Of a stretch of 33,491 bases of DNA, positions 9,785 to 22,308 are shown one piece after another. Made by a program: the position numbers and the translations under genes. Every line of letters starts with the position of its first letter. Position 1 is the stretch's first letter. A model generated the notes under the pieces. That model was not told the DNA's origin and did no database searches. It was given only the letters and a program-made list of their open reading frames with translations. The stretch covers positions 144,560,160 through 144,593,650 of the forward strand of contig NC_068981.1 in the NCBI RefSeq assembly GCF_001194135.2, written 5' to 3'. The stretch comes from Octopus bimaculoides. Taxonomy: Eukaryota.

Positions 9785-11008
9785 TATGACGGATAAGTCA
9801 TCAACTGTACGCACTCTTGTTTCTGTAATTTGCAAAAACTATAATACTAGCAGGAGCTGAACAATTACATCATATTTCGACGTTGTTCCCTTGCTTCTCG
9901 ATATTCTTTCAACTATTCACAAGCTAACTTATACCATCGGAGAAGGTTTTCGGCTGGTAGCGCAGCCATTTATGCACCGCTTCCTGCACTTTGTCTGTAG
10001 CCAATCAACGATCTCGTAAAGGGTGTTGAGTTTTCCCAAGATTATCCCAGCGGCTCAAAACCCAAAGTTTCAATGGTTTCAACGGTGTGAGCGACTATAT
10101 GTGGGAGTGCATTTTCGCGCAAAATTAATACTTCATTTCACAATAGACCTCGGTGTTTGGTATGAACTGTTGATTTCAATTTGCTGGTCTGCATTTTACT
10201 ATAGCCTACACTAGTGACTGTAGACTCCTCTTCCAGTACAGGCCTTTTTGCGTCCCCCAGAAACGGGTAGCATTATTTTCTCCGTCGAAAATTAAATTTC
10301 GAATTTATTCTTCGCTGTGATCTCCATGTGTTTCCACTTCAAACTCTGCCTTTGGTATTCTGGTTTAAAATGATGGGCTAAAGTTTCCTCTCCAGTGATT
10401 ATTGTCCCCAAAAGGGTTCCGCCTTCATCGTTGTCGCAGTCGAGCAAACTTTGACAGATCTCCACACGATCGCGCTTATGCGTTTTGCTTAGTTTTCTGA
10501 GCATCCATCTCGGCACGAAGCTTGCGGATGATTTCATATGCAGAATCATTTGCAGTGAACATGTCACCTCAATACCCATCACACGTCGGTTCACCAGAAC
10601 CATCTTTCGAGCCTTTGGATCTTCACATTAGTGGTGAAGATTGACGGATGTCTTGTTCCCACTTCATGCTTCATGCTTGTCAGACCATTTTTAAAATTCT
10701 CTATTCACTCACACACATCCCTACACTGCAGAGCGCCGTCTATGTATTATACTGAAAGCCTGCGATAAATTTCAGCCCCAGACACACTTTCAGACGAGAT
10801 AAATCGACTCACTGATCTCTGTTTTTCCTTGAGGCGTACTGCCAGCGAAGCGGCCATATTTAGTCTCAAACACTATGAATAAAACTAGAGCGATCAAAGT
10901 CAAACTTTGATTACAAAACAGCAAGAGTTCTACCTTTTAGCACGTTGAATGCATTGTAGTGGAACTAAAGAAAGTTTTGACGAAGGTGCGGATAATCTTT
11001 TCTTTCCT

Positions 11009-11012
<4 letters not shown>
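9785..11012 (-). mobile_element. Near full-length dead mariner (Tc1/mariner, DD34D-type) transposon, ~1.23 kb
   Basis: Pseudo-ORF from ATG at 10857: MAASLAV..KEKQRSVSRFISSESVSGAEIYRRLS...FKNGLTS; FVPRWMLRKLSKTHKRDRVEICQSLL...IITGEETLAHHFKPEYQRQSLKWKH; GLL*NEVLILRENALPH..AHTVETIETLGFE; VQEAVHKWLRYQPKTFSDGI. Degenerate TIRs at 9785-9814 and 10987-11012, each ending in TA. First and second catalytic Asp mutated; YSPDLAP region deleted. Confidence 0.93.

Positions 11013-11105
<93 letters not shown>
11012..11105 (+). repeat. (CA)n microsatellite
   Basis: Perfect run. Confidence 0.99.
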
Positions 11106-11107
<2 letters not shown>

Positions 11108-11880
11108 CAAACTGGATGTGAAACATTTCCTTATCGATGTATCAAGCTCTAATGTACATTAGTTGGTTGCCAGGATACAATTGTAGACTCGTGCATTGTC
11201 TCGGTGCAGTTGCCACCAACTCGAGTGAAAGAACTCCCTCAACACGTCCACAGAGTACTCTTTGTTGATAGTCTAGCTATGGTAATCCAGTGGATATAGC
11301 TGATGGGCATGCTGTAGAAAATGGGTAGCACCACAATCGTTCTGGTGGAGTTGTTTTGCCTGGCCTCCTTGGGTCTGACAAAGCCAGTATGCTTCCATTG
11401 GGCATTGTTTCTTGGCCTCTGGGTTATAACAGTACATTCATCTTTAGTCACAGGTCACCAGATGCTCAAATACTCTTGACTAAAAGAAATAGGCTCAGCC
11501 ATCTTCTTACTGTTACTGATGTGTCTTTCCTTCTGTTCGTCACTGAACAACCTGGAAGCAAACTGCACAAATTTTGCACATGTTCATATCGTTATGAATA
11601 ATTCCGTGCAGAGTTGCCACACCAGTTACAAACTGTATACGTATTGTATTTACAGACACAAGACGGTGTCCAGAAAATTGCTAGATCTCCTGCCTACATC
11701 TCTCATCGTCTGTAACCTCCTCTTTACCCTTCTTAATCGTCTTGTGCCAGAGAAAAACAGATTCTTGGCTGGTATAAACTAATCCATAAGCAGTCTAGAG
11801 CATTTCGTAAGCTTCTCTCATTTCTGCGCAGTTTAAAACAAAACTTTATTGTATAATGAGTTTCCAAATAATATTCACAA
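11106..11880 (-). mobile_element. Second, distinct mariner transposase remnant (3'-truncated)
   Basis: IKFCFKLRRK*EAYEML*TAYG...SVFLWHKTIKKGKEEVTDDER; LFSDEQKERH; VTKDE...QWKHTGFVRPKEARQ; WQLHRDNAR. The sequence ends at the (CA)n before the YSPDLAP motif. Confidence 0.9.
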
Positions 11881-12005
11881 CTCGAATGCTTTCGGAAAAC
11901 TAGTCAGCTGTTAAAAGTAGTGTTTAGTAGGATGTATTCAAAGTGCTATTGCAGCCGTCTCCTTCAATCTGGAATAAAATATTGGTAAGTCATCTTATAA
12001 AATGT

Positions 12006-12413
12006 ATACTCTTTTTACTCTTTTACTTGTTTCAGTAATTTGACTGTGGCCATGCTGGAGCACCGCCTTTAGTCGAGCAAATCGACCCCAGGATTTATTC
12101 TTTGTAAGCCTAGTACTTATTCTATCGGTCTCTTTTGCCGAACCGCTAGGTTACGGGAACGTAAGCACACCAGCATCGGTTGTCAAGCGATGTTGGGGGG
12201 ACAAACACAGACGCACAAACTTACACCCACACACATATATATATACACATATATACGACGGGCTTCTTTCAGTTTCCATCCACCAAATCAACTCACAAGG
12301 CTATGGTCGGCCCGAGGCTATAGTAGCAGACACTTGACGAAGATGCCACGCAGTAGGACTGAACCCACAACCATGTGGTCGGTAAGCAGGCTACTTACCA
12401 CACAGCCACTCCT
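12006..12413 (-). mobile_element. Well-preserved tRNA-derived SINE (family D) with internal (TA)/(TG) tract and (AGTAAAA)-type tail
   Basis: Reverse complement: aggagtggctgtgtggtaag (A box) ...gggttcagtcc (B box) ...gaaactgaaagaagcccgtcgtatatatgtg... ggttcggcaaaagagaccgatagaataag ...ctgaaacaagtaaaagagtaaaaagag. Confidence 0.9.
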
Positions 12414-12854
12414 ACGCCTGTATAGTAATGATGTACTAAAATTAGTTACATAGGACACTTATAAAATCTCAAAACTTCTGGATTGCTTCTCGTATATTTT
12501 AGAGAATGAAAATCCTCTCAGTAGTGATTACTATGAAAGTTAGATGCATTTTTACCTCGCTGAGCGTTATCAGTTGCCTGTAATTAGAGTCAGCCACATG
12601 CTTAGACGGATTTTGTTATCACCGATATAAAGGAAAGTAGTAAATAAACTTTCACTGGTGTTGCTAATAGTCTTTACTTTGTATTCGTTGGCTTCTCTGA
12701 AGATAGGAAGATATTTCTGTGTTTTTAACACATTAGTATTAGTCTTCCATTATTTGATACAATTTTTGAAATCAGAATTTTATGTATATTATTTGTGCCT
12801 TGAGTAAGATATGACCGATATGATCATTTTTGCTACTGATATTAATTGTTATCA

Positions 12855-12925
12855 AAGGCAGTGAGCTGACAAAATGCTCAGCAGCATTTTGTCCGTCCTT
12901 AGTTCTGAGCTCAGATCCTCTTGTC
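12855..12925 (+). mobile_element. Degenerate family A SINE head fragment
   Basis: aaggcagtgagctgacaaaatgctcagcagcattttgtccgtcc..ttctgagctcagatcc. Confidence 0.6.
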
Positions 12926-13179
12926 TTCTTTCTTATAACGACATTCGCATAGGAGGGGTTCAGCTGGCTCCTGTTGAGTTCACCGCGTTGTGAGTTCATA
13001 GGGGTTTTAAGGGATGATCAGAGTCCGCAAAAACAGTTCCCGTCTGTATTTGTAAGCTACCATATACGACCGGTGGGAGGTCATCTTCATGTTACACCTT
13101 CTCGCTTGAGGAAGCTCGCAGACGCGATTTAGCGCCACGTGGAAGCCGCCGAGTTCCGGAACAGACACCGCCTGGAATT

Positions 13180-13320
13180 CACCTTTGCCCTCCAGTTAGT
13201 CAGGTTGCAGCCCAAGCATCATTGGTATCAGACCTGTCCGCCTTGGATGGCTCTATGACGAACTCGAAGCCCCCAATAGCATAGGTCTGACACTCACTCG
13301 TTTAACTTTCCCACCACGAT
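13180..13320 (-). mobile_element. Probable 5' UTR of an RTE-clade LINE
   Basis: Reverse complement gtggtgggaaag...ctatgctattgggggcttcgag...gccatccaaggcggacaggtctga...gactaactggaggg follows the pattern I recall for RTE/Expander 5' ends. No ORF recovered downstream. Confidence 0.45.
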
Positions 13321-13346
13321 GAACTCAAGTGTTGGACTTTGAGGAA

Positions 13347-13485
13347 GCTCAAATGCTGCAGAAATCGACTTTGTCTTCCATCCTTTAGGGATTGATAAAA
13401 CAGGTATAAGATGAAACTGGGGTCGATGTAATAAACGTAGCCCTTCCTCCAAATCTGCTGACCCTGTGACAAACTTTGAAACCGA
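13347..13485 (+). mobile_element. Family A SINE 3' fragment
   Basis: atcgactttgtcttccatcctttagggattgataaa...ctggggtcgatgtaat. Confidence 0.75.
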
Positions 13486-13571
13486 TATTAATTACTAATA
13501 TTATCCGAGAGATTTATGCCAATACCAACGAAGCTGGAGTGAATATTATTGAGTATTAATGTAAAAAAAAA

Positions 13572-13701
<130 letters not shown>

Positions 13702-14989
13702 CTGAAACGTTCTTTGTAGAATATGTTTTTTGGCCACACACTGTTTAACTGTGTTTCTTAATTTACTTACACTTCTATAGAGTCGTACGGAAGCCACATA
13801 CAGAGATCCTATCGCTATTCAGATTACATATATCTTTTTTTCTTTCAGTGATGAAACATTTATTATCACTTGTGATCTCAATACTTACTCACATGTATAC
13901 TTCCACCATTCTATTTCTAGGGTTTTCGGGCATTGCAGTATCGAGTATTACATATTCTTTTGGCTTGTTGTTCTCTACAACGATAACGACAACATCCAGT
14001 GTAATATTTTCTTTTGCGAGGTGACATTCGGCAGTGAATCTCAGAGGATTTTATTCATCTTATTGTTGGTAATATATGTTTTATACCATTTTCTTAACTC
14101 GTATTAAATAGTCCACATAGTTTCTAGTTACTAGTACAAGCAATAATATACTTAAGAGATATTTTCCCAACAATATACTTAAGTGATATTTTCCCATGAA
14201 GTTTTATGTTGGGAAAAGTTCTTCATTATTAACTGTTAAAACTTACAAAATCCTTTCTAACAGCGGTTTTGCACTATTGTTTGCCCGCCATTCCTGACGT
14301 CTTCTTCGCATGTAATTATGTAACTGATTATTTACAAGCTATGTAAGATCGTACTAATGCAAAATCATTTTCACATAACTTACGCAGAAGAGGAAGACCA
14401 ACACCTGCGACATTTTTAAATGGGTATCCGAAAAATATTGGATGAAAAGAAAGTTTACCTGAGAATCTCTTGTGATGCTTGCAACAGTGTGTACTCCGCT
14501 AAAAGTGCCCAAGCGCCGGTGGTGATAATGGTTGTGGTGTCATTCTAAATATTAAAAAACGAGGAAAGGATCATTGAATTACAGGACTTACGCGAAGAGA
14601 ATAGAGCGGGTAAAAGCTCCAAACAGAGCAGGTAAAGTTCGAAAGAATCCTTAGCCTGAGTTGTTAAACGGCATACAGCTGTTTGTAGCAATGAAATTAA
14701 TAAAACCTAAAACCTGTATATCACATACTTGATGCCAACAACCACGCAAGGGCTTCCTGGTGTTCTGGGTACAATGAAATGAAGGAGAGGATGTGCACTC
14801 CTAGTAACTCTACACCCACAGCAATGACAAAATTACATCTTCTGCAACAGCAGATGCAGAAACAACAGTAAATGCAACAGCAACAAACTGTAATCACAAC
14901 AAACTCAACAGAAGCAGCAATAGTAGCAAAAGTATCAGCAAGGACAACAGTAGCAACACCAAAAACAATAGAAACCGCAACAGTCCATT

Positions 14990-15070
14990 AGACCCCGGTG
15001 CTCAACTGATACTTATTTTATCGACTCCGAAGGGATGAAAGGAAAAAACGATCTCGACGGAACTTGAACA
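14990..15070 (-). mobile_element. Family A SINE internal fragment
   Basis: gaccccggtgctcaactgatacttattttatcgactccgaagggatgaaagg is the reverse complement of the family A core. Confidence 0.75.
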
Positions 15071-15499
15071 ACGAATCTAATAATAAAACCTGCCCGCACC
15101 AAAAAAGTGTTTTCAGCAATGCTTTCATTATTGCAAACACTAACACAAGCGCAGAAAGACTCAATCTCCCATAAGGAGAGCATGTCATCTTGTTTTCTTG
15201 CTTTCTTTACCATTTGAAAAGGGACTGCAGGTTAAGAACGAGTGATACATGTATTCTGTATTGCGCTGCTTTGTCTTTGTTTTGGTGTTGTTCTGAGAAG
15301 GATTCCTACTTTAAAGAGGTATTACACACTAGCGATGACTTGCTTGCGATTTTGGTCTTTAAATCTGCTGTTGTCTCTGCTGCTACCCTTTTCGTTGCCA
15401 ACGATTCTGATGCTGTGACTACGGTTGCTGTTCTGATTGTGTTTTCAGCATGCCTAGTTGAATATAGAAAACTTTGTAGTGGTTAGTGTAACAGCTAGC

Positions 15500-15710
15500 T
15501 TTCTTAACTTCAGCTACAACTTATATTGTACCCCCATCCTCCAAATAAAAGAAGTGACGGATCTTTGCCAAGTTGTCTAGTGTGAACAGCATCAGCAACT
15601 CAAGTCGTAGCACCAATGATTTTTTGTTTGGAGTAGATTTTGAACTGATAGATTCATTCTCCTCTAACATAAGAGTAGAATATGTTATATTAATTTCTGG
15701 CATTGCATTC
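15500..15710 (+). mobile_element. Possible highly degraded CR1/L2-type RT C-terminal fragment
   Basis: YNLYCTPILQIKEVTDLCQVV resembles Y.L.G..L..V.E.KDLGV.V; later IRVEYV resembles VRP.LEY. Several stops. Confidence 0.4.
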
Positions 15711-15739
15711 GTGAATGTCAGCTTAATTATTCGCTTTTC

Positions 15740-15948
15740 GTTATAGGATGATTAGTCCACATAAGTCCGTAAGTTTTCTGGACTGGACGCCGCTCCGTCG
15801 TAGGACTGCTCATATTTACCAACTGAATAGGCTGGAGCAACGTTAAGCGAACTGTTTTGCTCAAGAACACAACGCATCACCTGGTCCAGGAATCGAAAAC
15901 ACTATCTTACAATCATGAGTCCAACACCCTAACCTCTAAGCCATGCGC
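15740..15948 (-). mobile_element. tRNA-derived CORE-like SINE
   Basis: Reverse complement tggcttagaggttagggtgttggactc (A box) ...ttcgattcc (B box) ...gttgtgttcttgagcaaaacagttcgcttaacgttgctccagcc (CORE-like). Confidence 0.75.
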
Positions 15949-18900
15949 AAGCATCTCGTTATTGGTTGGTGGTAATAAATTACTGTTGGAGGAGCTCCGC
16001 TTTATTCTTCTTCGTCTTTTCATCGGGGTATATATCCAACACAATATTGCCTGCCTTCTATACGTCCCTTGAAGAATCTCACATTTCCGGCATACATTCA
16101 TTTTTCTACTTCTGGCTGGTTGTAGTTGAACACTCATTTTGCATCCCTCCTCCCCACACTTTTTTATGCATCTATTATTCACGGCCCCTCTTTGTATGTA
16201 ATTTTTCTCCAATTCTGGTAGTGCGAACAGATTTCATCGAATTAAATATGTTGTATTTGAATTTGAAGTACTCTTTTTCTATTAATGAAGTCACTATTTT
16301 ATTTGTGTTTGAGGAAAATTAAGTGGTGACGGTCAGAGTAAAAGTGTTGTGGTTGTTATTGTTGCGGCTGTCATCAGTAACGGTGGGAGTGATGATAATG
16401 CTAGAGTTGCTCTTGTAGCTGTTCAGAATTGCTTCATTTACTGTCTCCTCTTGAATGGCGAATGTGGTGATGCTATTTCTGTAAATCAATAATTTTGGTA
16501 TGTAAGTGCTAATAATGTCCTTTTAATTTTAGCTTATTATTAACTTTTTAAGTACCAATTATCTATTTTCTTCTTATTGTTGTTGGCGGTGGTGGCAGTC
16601 ATGATATATTGTTCTCTGCACCGTGGTGTGTTCTTATTACTGTTGTTCGGAAGACTATTGCTGCTGTATCTATTGTCAACCGTCCTTTTTCCAGATGCGG
16701 ATGGAAAAGTGAATAACATTAAATGGATGCTTCGTCCACACCGATCCCTTCACTGCTCTCTTGCTAAGAGAAAAAGAAAGTAATCGCCCACTGGACGATT
16801 TGCGAAGAAACGACTGGGCACCCAAGACCTCAAAGAGTAAAAAGATAATTCTGACATTAAGCAAGAAGCATATATAATAAAATAATATGTGTAACGAGGG
16901 CCACTCAAACATTTAGGACAATACAAGGAGAATGCAGAGTGGGGACCTACACACACTCATGCAAACAATAGAAATAATATCACTTAACATAGGAATTATA
17001 ACAAAATTTCACAATAAGGATAGAAGAAAAAGAACAACATGAACAATAAAAGAGCGGTAAAAATGGTTGAATGTCGAATAAATAGCTTGTTTTTGTATTC
17101 AGATTCGGCGTTCCACGTTCAAAGCTCAAAGTCTCGCCAGAATCTTCACATCCGTCGCAAAACAAGTACCAGTTATATATTTTGGTTGAAGTGGTTGATT
17201 AAACTAATCTGGTGAAATGTTTGACGCTCTGCCAAAGTTAGAAATCATTTTTGTTATGTGTCATTTATATTGCTTTAGAATTTATCAGGTCTCATATTTT
17301 GAAATGACAGGTTCACCTTTGGGAGTTCGACGTTTTCAGACTTTATTGTGAAGTGAATTTCATTTCCTTTTTGCAGCGAGAAAAATGGCGTTGTATTTTA
17401 CATTTTATGCCTCATTTCCTTTCATGAACTTCAACGAAGCCTTTTATACAGGTGCATATATTACATTGTATAAATAAATTCGAATTCTGATTTAAGGTCA
17501 TTTCATTATCGTTAAGAACACCATTTTTTCCTGCCAGAGTGGGATCTTCAAAATTATCCCGAGGGAATGATGATTGAAAATAACAGATAGAAATTATAGT
17601 ATAATTGTGGTTAAGTTGTATAAATTTAGATCCATTTTCTGCACTGGGAAATCTCCTGTCTTATAAATCTCTCCGTTCAGATATTTCTCTTCTCTATGCT
17701 TTTAGTGTTTTAACAAAAATTATTTTGAATTGTAAAATATTCTCTCTTTGTCTAAACTAGCATTAAAACAGCTGCATCACATGCATCAAACATTAAGTCA
17801 TGAAGCTGGTTGCTGGAATGAAGAATGAGATGATATATATAAAGTAATGTGATTAAAATGGACTGAATCTTTTCAGGTCTTTGTGAACATATTTGATTAG
17901 TTCAATTATTGAATATTTCTTTTTCTCTGAGAATACAGAAAGTTAAAAGAAAAAAGAAAATACTTTCACTTAAATGAAACAACTCATCTAAGTGGAACGT
18001 AATTCTATACGTGATGTGACTTTCCAAAGGGGATTTTTAAACATTTTAAGATCAATTTTAATGCATTTGTGTGCTCACAAAACGAAAAAAATCTCCGTAA
18101 ATGATATTTTATCATTTCACATCAAATATTCTTGTTACATCATTAAAGTCGCACATATACATCCGCACGTCCACGTATACGTGTGTGGAGATGAACAAAA
18201 ACAAGACATTCATATGCAAGCAAATGATATTCATAGATGGATATGAAAATTAGAACAAAGGAAAGATCAATTATAATATTCTTGTTTTGTTTTTTTCTTT
18301 TAAGAGCATTAACGGCGGCCATGATGTGTGGCTCTATTCACAAAATCTTGAATACAATAGCGCTAATTCGTTAATGATGAGTACCCATGATTACCATTTT
18401 TAATTGTTTTGATATTGGTTATGCCTTCATCATTGGAGAAAAACAGGGCCTACCAGCCTTTTTGGGGTGGAAGGAGAAAGTTACTCTCTGTCTTAAAATT
18501 AAATTTGAAAGCTTACAATATGGCGAACATTGCTAAACCCACCCAAGAACCATGTGGGTGTGCTAAACCTGGTGATGGATTAAGTTTAAATCCAAGAACA
18601 GACACAGTCCATCTATCAACATTCAATGTAGTCACAGTTTCCTTCTATCCAATTTCAAATGTTGACTTGAGAGCAGAGTAGAAGGTATATTCCAAAGGTG
18701 CTCCGTAATTAGATGGAACCTCGAACTTCATGATTACAAAACGAACTTCTGAACTACTTGGCTACGTTTGCGATTATTGTACTAGACAACACACATTCGT
18801 AGTTAAATGCTTCTATAATACCCCTGCACTGCACACGCAAATATACACGCAAATGTTCCCGAACATACACAAGCATGTACATCTATATTGCGTTCGGGAA

Positions 18901-20429
18901 TTTCGCTCGAATGATTTGAAGGCTAATTTAGTTTAACTTGAGAAAGCAGCTAAATTGTCAGCTTTGAACTCGTGATTGATGCTATCATATGGGAAATTAT
19001 TTGGCATGCCCGTGATTTTTGTTGTTTTTTATGTTGTTGTTTATATCAAGGTCATCTCTCACAGAGCATACCTGAGATAAAAAGCAATCCAACTTTTACG
19101 AGACTCTATATTTAAGATATTATGCATTTAAGACAGCATGCTGCTATGATAGTAGCCAAATTCTTTCAAATCATACTCAAACATCTTATATAAAAAGACA
19201 AACATTGATTTTCAGCTTGGAATCAAGGAGTTTGAAAGATATAGAAAAAGTGAAATTGATCTTGATTGCATCGTATGTGATCATCTGTCCCCTCAATCAA
19301 GGCACTGACTTGGGACTGAACAACAATAACAACAATATGTTAACGCAATCTATCACCCATCTTGCTTTCGAATACTTTCAGCGGCATCTACTCTATTGAA
19401 AGCATTTAGAGGAGAAGTCCGTTCTAAGGATAATTTACTTTCTTTTGCTAACTTGCATCATAAGAACCTGTAACGAATTCTCTGTCTAATCCATTCTGTG
19501 AAAAATTTTATGCATAAATACATGGTCCTCCATATGAGACACAAATGCTTTGCTTATTGCAAACTTTCAACAGAAATAGCCACTGGTTACTTTGTAGAAA
19601 TATCCATGAATGAGACAGAGATCGTTAAGAGAAAATTAATGAGCCAATCACCAAATAATTATCTTTCCAGTCGATATTCACGTGTTCATTTTTAATTAAT
19701 TATTTTCCATTAATGCCAGAATTTATCTCCTTAAAATTTAATTGTTCTTTGAGAACTCCAAATTTAAAAAGTCCTGCGGATGTGCATGTGTTGCATCTAT
19801 GATGTGAAATTGTTGTTATACAACACCATGTCTTTCCTAATTGGGTACGTCCGCCACCAAACAGCATCCAAGCCTTGACTATCTAGGTTTTGGGGGTTAT
19901 GTAAGACTATATTAACTACAGTATCTTTTTCTTATTTAAGACGGCAAGGTGTATTTCATGAGAGATTTAGTTGCTATTTCTTGCGGGTCGATTGACCACG
20001 TAAAGGACAGCTTGTTTGCACACACGTATAGCATGAGGTTTTATACAAAGTAGGTTTCTTTTCTCATTATCTTATATAAAAAAAACTTCAGATTTAAGTG
20101 TTACTATTTCACTAAACAATATCTTACATATTTATGTATATACAAAAAAAAAAGTTTATTTATTACTGAGCGGCAATTTTCCTAAACTTTTATTATTAAA
20201 TCTGCCAAGTGAAAGCAAAAGATCACAAAATAAAGAGTGGGGGAAAGGAACAGTCGCTGTTATTGACATCACTACAATGGTCACCAGGTACCATTAGTAG
20301 CGTTCTCCTGCTTATGAACATTCGAGGCCGTTCTGCAGTCTGAGATGAATTTTCTTTCATCTATCTTACTGGCCTAAGCTGATTGACGCAGCCATTACCC
20401 CACCTACTCTGACAATATGTTGAACATAT

Positions 20430-20870
20430 TAGTTTCAAATTTTGATACAGGGCCAGCAAGTCAGGAGAAAGAGCTCAATCAATTAAATCGGCCCCAATAC
20501 TCAACGGGTACTTATTTTATCGACCCTGAAAGGTTGAGAATCAAAGTCGACCTCGGGTCGAATTTGAATTCAGAAAGTAGAAACGGACGAAATGCCGCTA
20601 AGTATTTTGCCCATGTTAACGATTCTGTCAATTCGGTGTTTTCATAATAAATATGATAATCCTGTCTACTATAGGCACAAGACTTGAAATTTGAGGAGAG
20701 GGGTTAAGTCGAATACATCGACCCCAGTACTCAACTAATACTTAATTTATCAACCCCGAAAAGTTTAAATGCAAAGCCGACCTCGGCAGAATTTAAATTC
20801 AGAAAGTAAAGACGGACAAAATGCCGCTAAGCATTTTGCCTGGCGTGTTAACGATTCCGCCAGCTGGCCG
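20430..20870 (-). mobile_element. Two tandem family A SINEs (~20430-20637 and ~20657-20870)
   Basis: Both contain tcgaccc..aaagg..gaa..caaagtcgacctcgg..gaattt.aa.tcagaa and end in gttaacgattc.g.ca, the reverse complement of the head. Confidence 0.88.
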
Positions 20871-21382
20871 CCATTTTACATAGGGAATTTTGAAATGGAT
20901 TTATACATTTAGCGCTCAGTTAACTTCAGTGATATCTTTTTGACGAAAATGAAAAGAAATAAAGTCATGCATTCACTATACTTTGGTTGCTCATGTGCTA
21001 CATTTGAATAAAGAATTGCAATTACGATGCGACAAATGTCATCAGACAAAATTATACGAGAAACGAGTAACTAAAATGTCTCAATCAGCAGACGAAACTA
21101 CTTCGCAAACAAACCCATGAGAGTTTAATATATACATAGATTTGCAATTATTCACAACTTTTTGATTCTTTGAGATGCATTATGACAAAATTTGGACGAA
21201 TAAGGAATAATCCAATGCATACATTATGCTTATGAATTTGTTTTGCAAGATTTCTGATGTGAAATCATGTGTTAAAACAGATATTTCGAGATGGTCATTT
21301 TTTTACTTGCCGAATAAACACAGGCATTATATATTTGTTCTTCCCTCGTTTATCATTGGTCTTATTTTATCTTATGTCCACC

Positions 21383-21425
21383 GTCTGGAAATTTTTGGTC
21401 ATGCATCTGTGACCTCTTCAGCAAC
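21383..21425 (-). ncRNA. Degenerate minimal type-I hammerhead ribozyme motif
   Basis: Minus strand: gttg CTGAAGA GGTCA cagatgca TGACC AAAAATTT C cagac. Core CUGANGA and 5-bp stem II are intact; G12 is missing. Confidence 0.65.
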
Positions 21426-22147
21426 TCTCCCTTCCCACGTGTATCTTCCTGTTCTGTTTAGTCCATTCTGTAATTCTATCATGTGTACTCCTACATCCGC
21501 ATGCGGTTTGTGCGTGCGCGCGTGTGCTTTGTACGTTTTTGTGTGTTATTGCGCGCTTGTGTGTGTGTGTGGCGGCGGCGGCGAACTAGCATGTCTTTTA
21601 GAAAAGCATTAGATAAGGTAGACAACTTACTTTGAGGAGACGACACATAGCATAGGAGAGCTGATAGGCGAACACTGGCAGGAGCTCAAAGAGGAGAAAA
21701 GTTTGTCAATGTTCTATCAACATGCTCAATTAAAACATAAAGGTTTGGTTAATAACAAAGAGGTTAAGGTATCATCTTGTCATAGAACAGACACGACACT
21801 TAGACAGATTACGGGGGCCACACACAGCAATAGACAGACCGAGTCTCAATAGAAAACACGAATGGAACAATAATAACCACCACCACTGCCACACTACGCA
21901 ACACGATGACTAAAGGTAGAAGGTAAAAAAAGCATAGATAGAAACATTATTATACATAAACTGATATATACACACAAAAGCGACACGCATGCACATACTT
22001 CTGAGGAAATATAAGAAATAAAGGTAAATAAGTAAACAAATGAAGGAAAAAATCTATATAAAGAGCAGAGATATAGTAAACAAACCCATATACACATACA
22101 AAACACATAGATACACGTACACACACGCACGCACGCACGCTCGCACC

Positions 22148-22217
22148 CAGACACTGACACACGCAGACACTGACACACGCAGACACTGACACACACAGAC
22201 ACTGACACACACACAGA
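22148..22217 (+). repeat. 16-bp minisatellite (CAGACACTGACACACG) x~4
   Basis: Seen directly. Confidence 0.92.
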
Positions 22218-22308
22218 CGCAAACGCATGCACAGATAAGAATACACATCATAGAAATACAGAATGAATTAAACATGGATTAAAAGGGTGACACACGTGAG
22301 ATGGAAGA

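Noticed and set aside
14419-14547. Plus-strand VYLRISCDACNSVY as a GIY-YIG or PHD CxxC motif
   Set aside because: Only a short CxxC resemblance; the following residues do not fit YIGET or the PHD His/Cys spacing, and the frame soon stops.
14780-15480. Inverted repeat between 14780-14990 and 15300-15480
   Set aside because: Both are degenerate (RCA)n low-complexity tracts in opposite orientation without colinear alignment.
16695-16779. Plus-strand exon (ADGKVNNIKWMLRPHRSLHCSLAKRKR)
   Set aside because: Good acceptor but weak donor (aaa|gtaatc), adjacent to degenerate GTT/GCT repeats, and no recognisable homology; unresolved without RNA data.
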